DNA of 64,000 nucleotides from positions 257,217 to 321,216 of the forward strand of contig JAJOLD010000001.1 of NCBI GenBank assembly GCA_021129515.1. The letters run 5' to 3'. Under the pieces are notes generated by a model that saw only the letters and a program-made list of their open reading frames with translations, was not told the DNA's origin and searched no databases. Made by a program: the position numbers and the translations under genes. The stretch is from Minisyncoccota bacterium (GTDB taxonomy: Bacteria; Patescibacteriota; Minisyncoccia; Phycocordibacterales; UBA918). Positions 63,945 to 64,000 of this stretch are shown piece by piece. Every line of letters starts with the position of its first letter. The first letter of the stretch is position 1.

Positions 63945-64000
63945 AGGTTTTGTTTGTTTGGGCGCACTATCTGCCGTTACATGTGCATGAATAAATGCAA

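Overview
The window is a gene-dense bacterial chromosomal segment, mostly on the minus strand, with short intergenic regions. TGA terminates smc, so the standard code applies. The gene set suggests a small-genome, Gram-positive-type bacterium, possibly a Patescibacteria/Saccharibacteria-like lineage; this placement is inference only. Supporting traits are a sortase with an LPXTG-like substrate, a type IV pilin, T-box control of thrS, split transketolase, short EF-Ts and RF1, C-terminal low-complexity tails on ribosomal proteins S16, L32 and L25, and a histone-H1-like basic protein.

Housekeeping content includes an rpoB 5' fragment, trmD, rpsP, a KH-domain protein, rnr, rnc, smc, rpmF, rnhB, dnaE, thrS, gyrB, tsf, rpsB, prfA, rpmE, rplY, gap, rpe, rpiB, tktN/tktC, gatB, obg, secA and murB.

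Accessory or unusual content:
- A sortase gene next to a 1085-aa repeat-rich surface protein. The sorting-signal-like segment (VPYTG, then a transmembrane helix, then RK) sits in the middle of the protein and is followed by a ~290-aa tail.
- A four-gene cell-surface cluster: an FN3-repeat protein, two paralogous secreted proteins, and a protein with a signal peptide and C-terminal anchor. The layout is reminiscent of a Csc/WxL cluster.
- Two tandem paralogs with an excisionase-type HTH_17 domain followed by a transmembrane segment.
- A NusB-NUDIX fusion gene.
- Toxin-antitoxin loci: DinJ-YafQ, and a Doc toxin gene that appears frameshifted.
- A low-GC two-gene islet.
- A GGGnTTTGAGACTGGTTCT motif upstream of the pilin, sortase and CARDB-protein genes, with a related sequence upstream of a kinase gene.
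- A family of imperfect palindromic repeat elements with the core CTGGATTGC...GCAATCCAG at four loci, one inserted between the thrS T-box and the thrS start codon.
- An ~800-nt noncoding tRNA-Thr locus littered with tRNA-derived fragments.

No CRISPR array, cas genes, restriction-modification genes, transposase or integrase are recognizable.

ORF coordinates are taken from the supplied track. Coordinates of features outside the track are read from the printed sequence and may be off by 1-2 nt.
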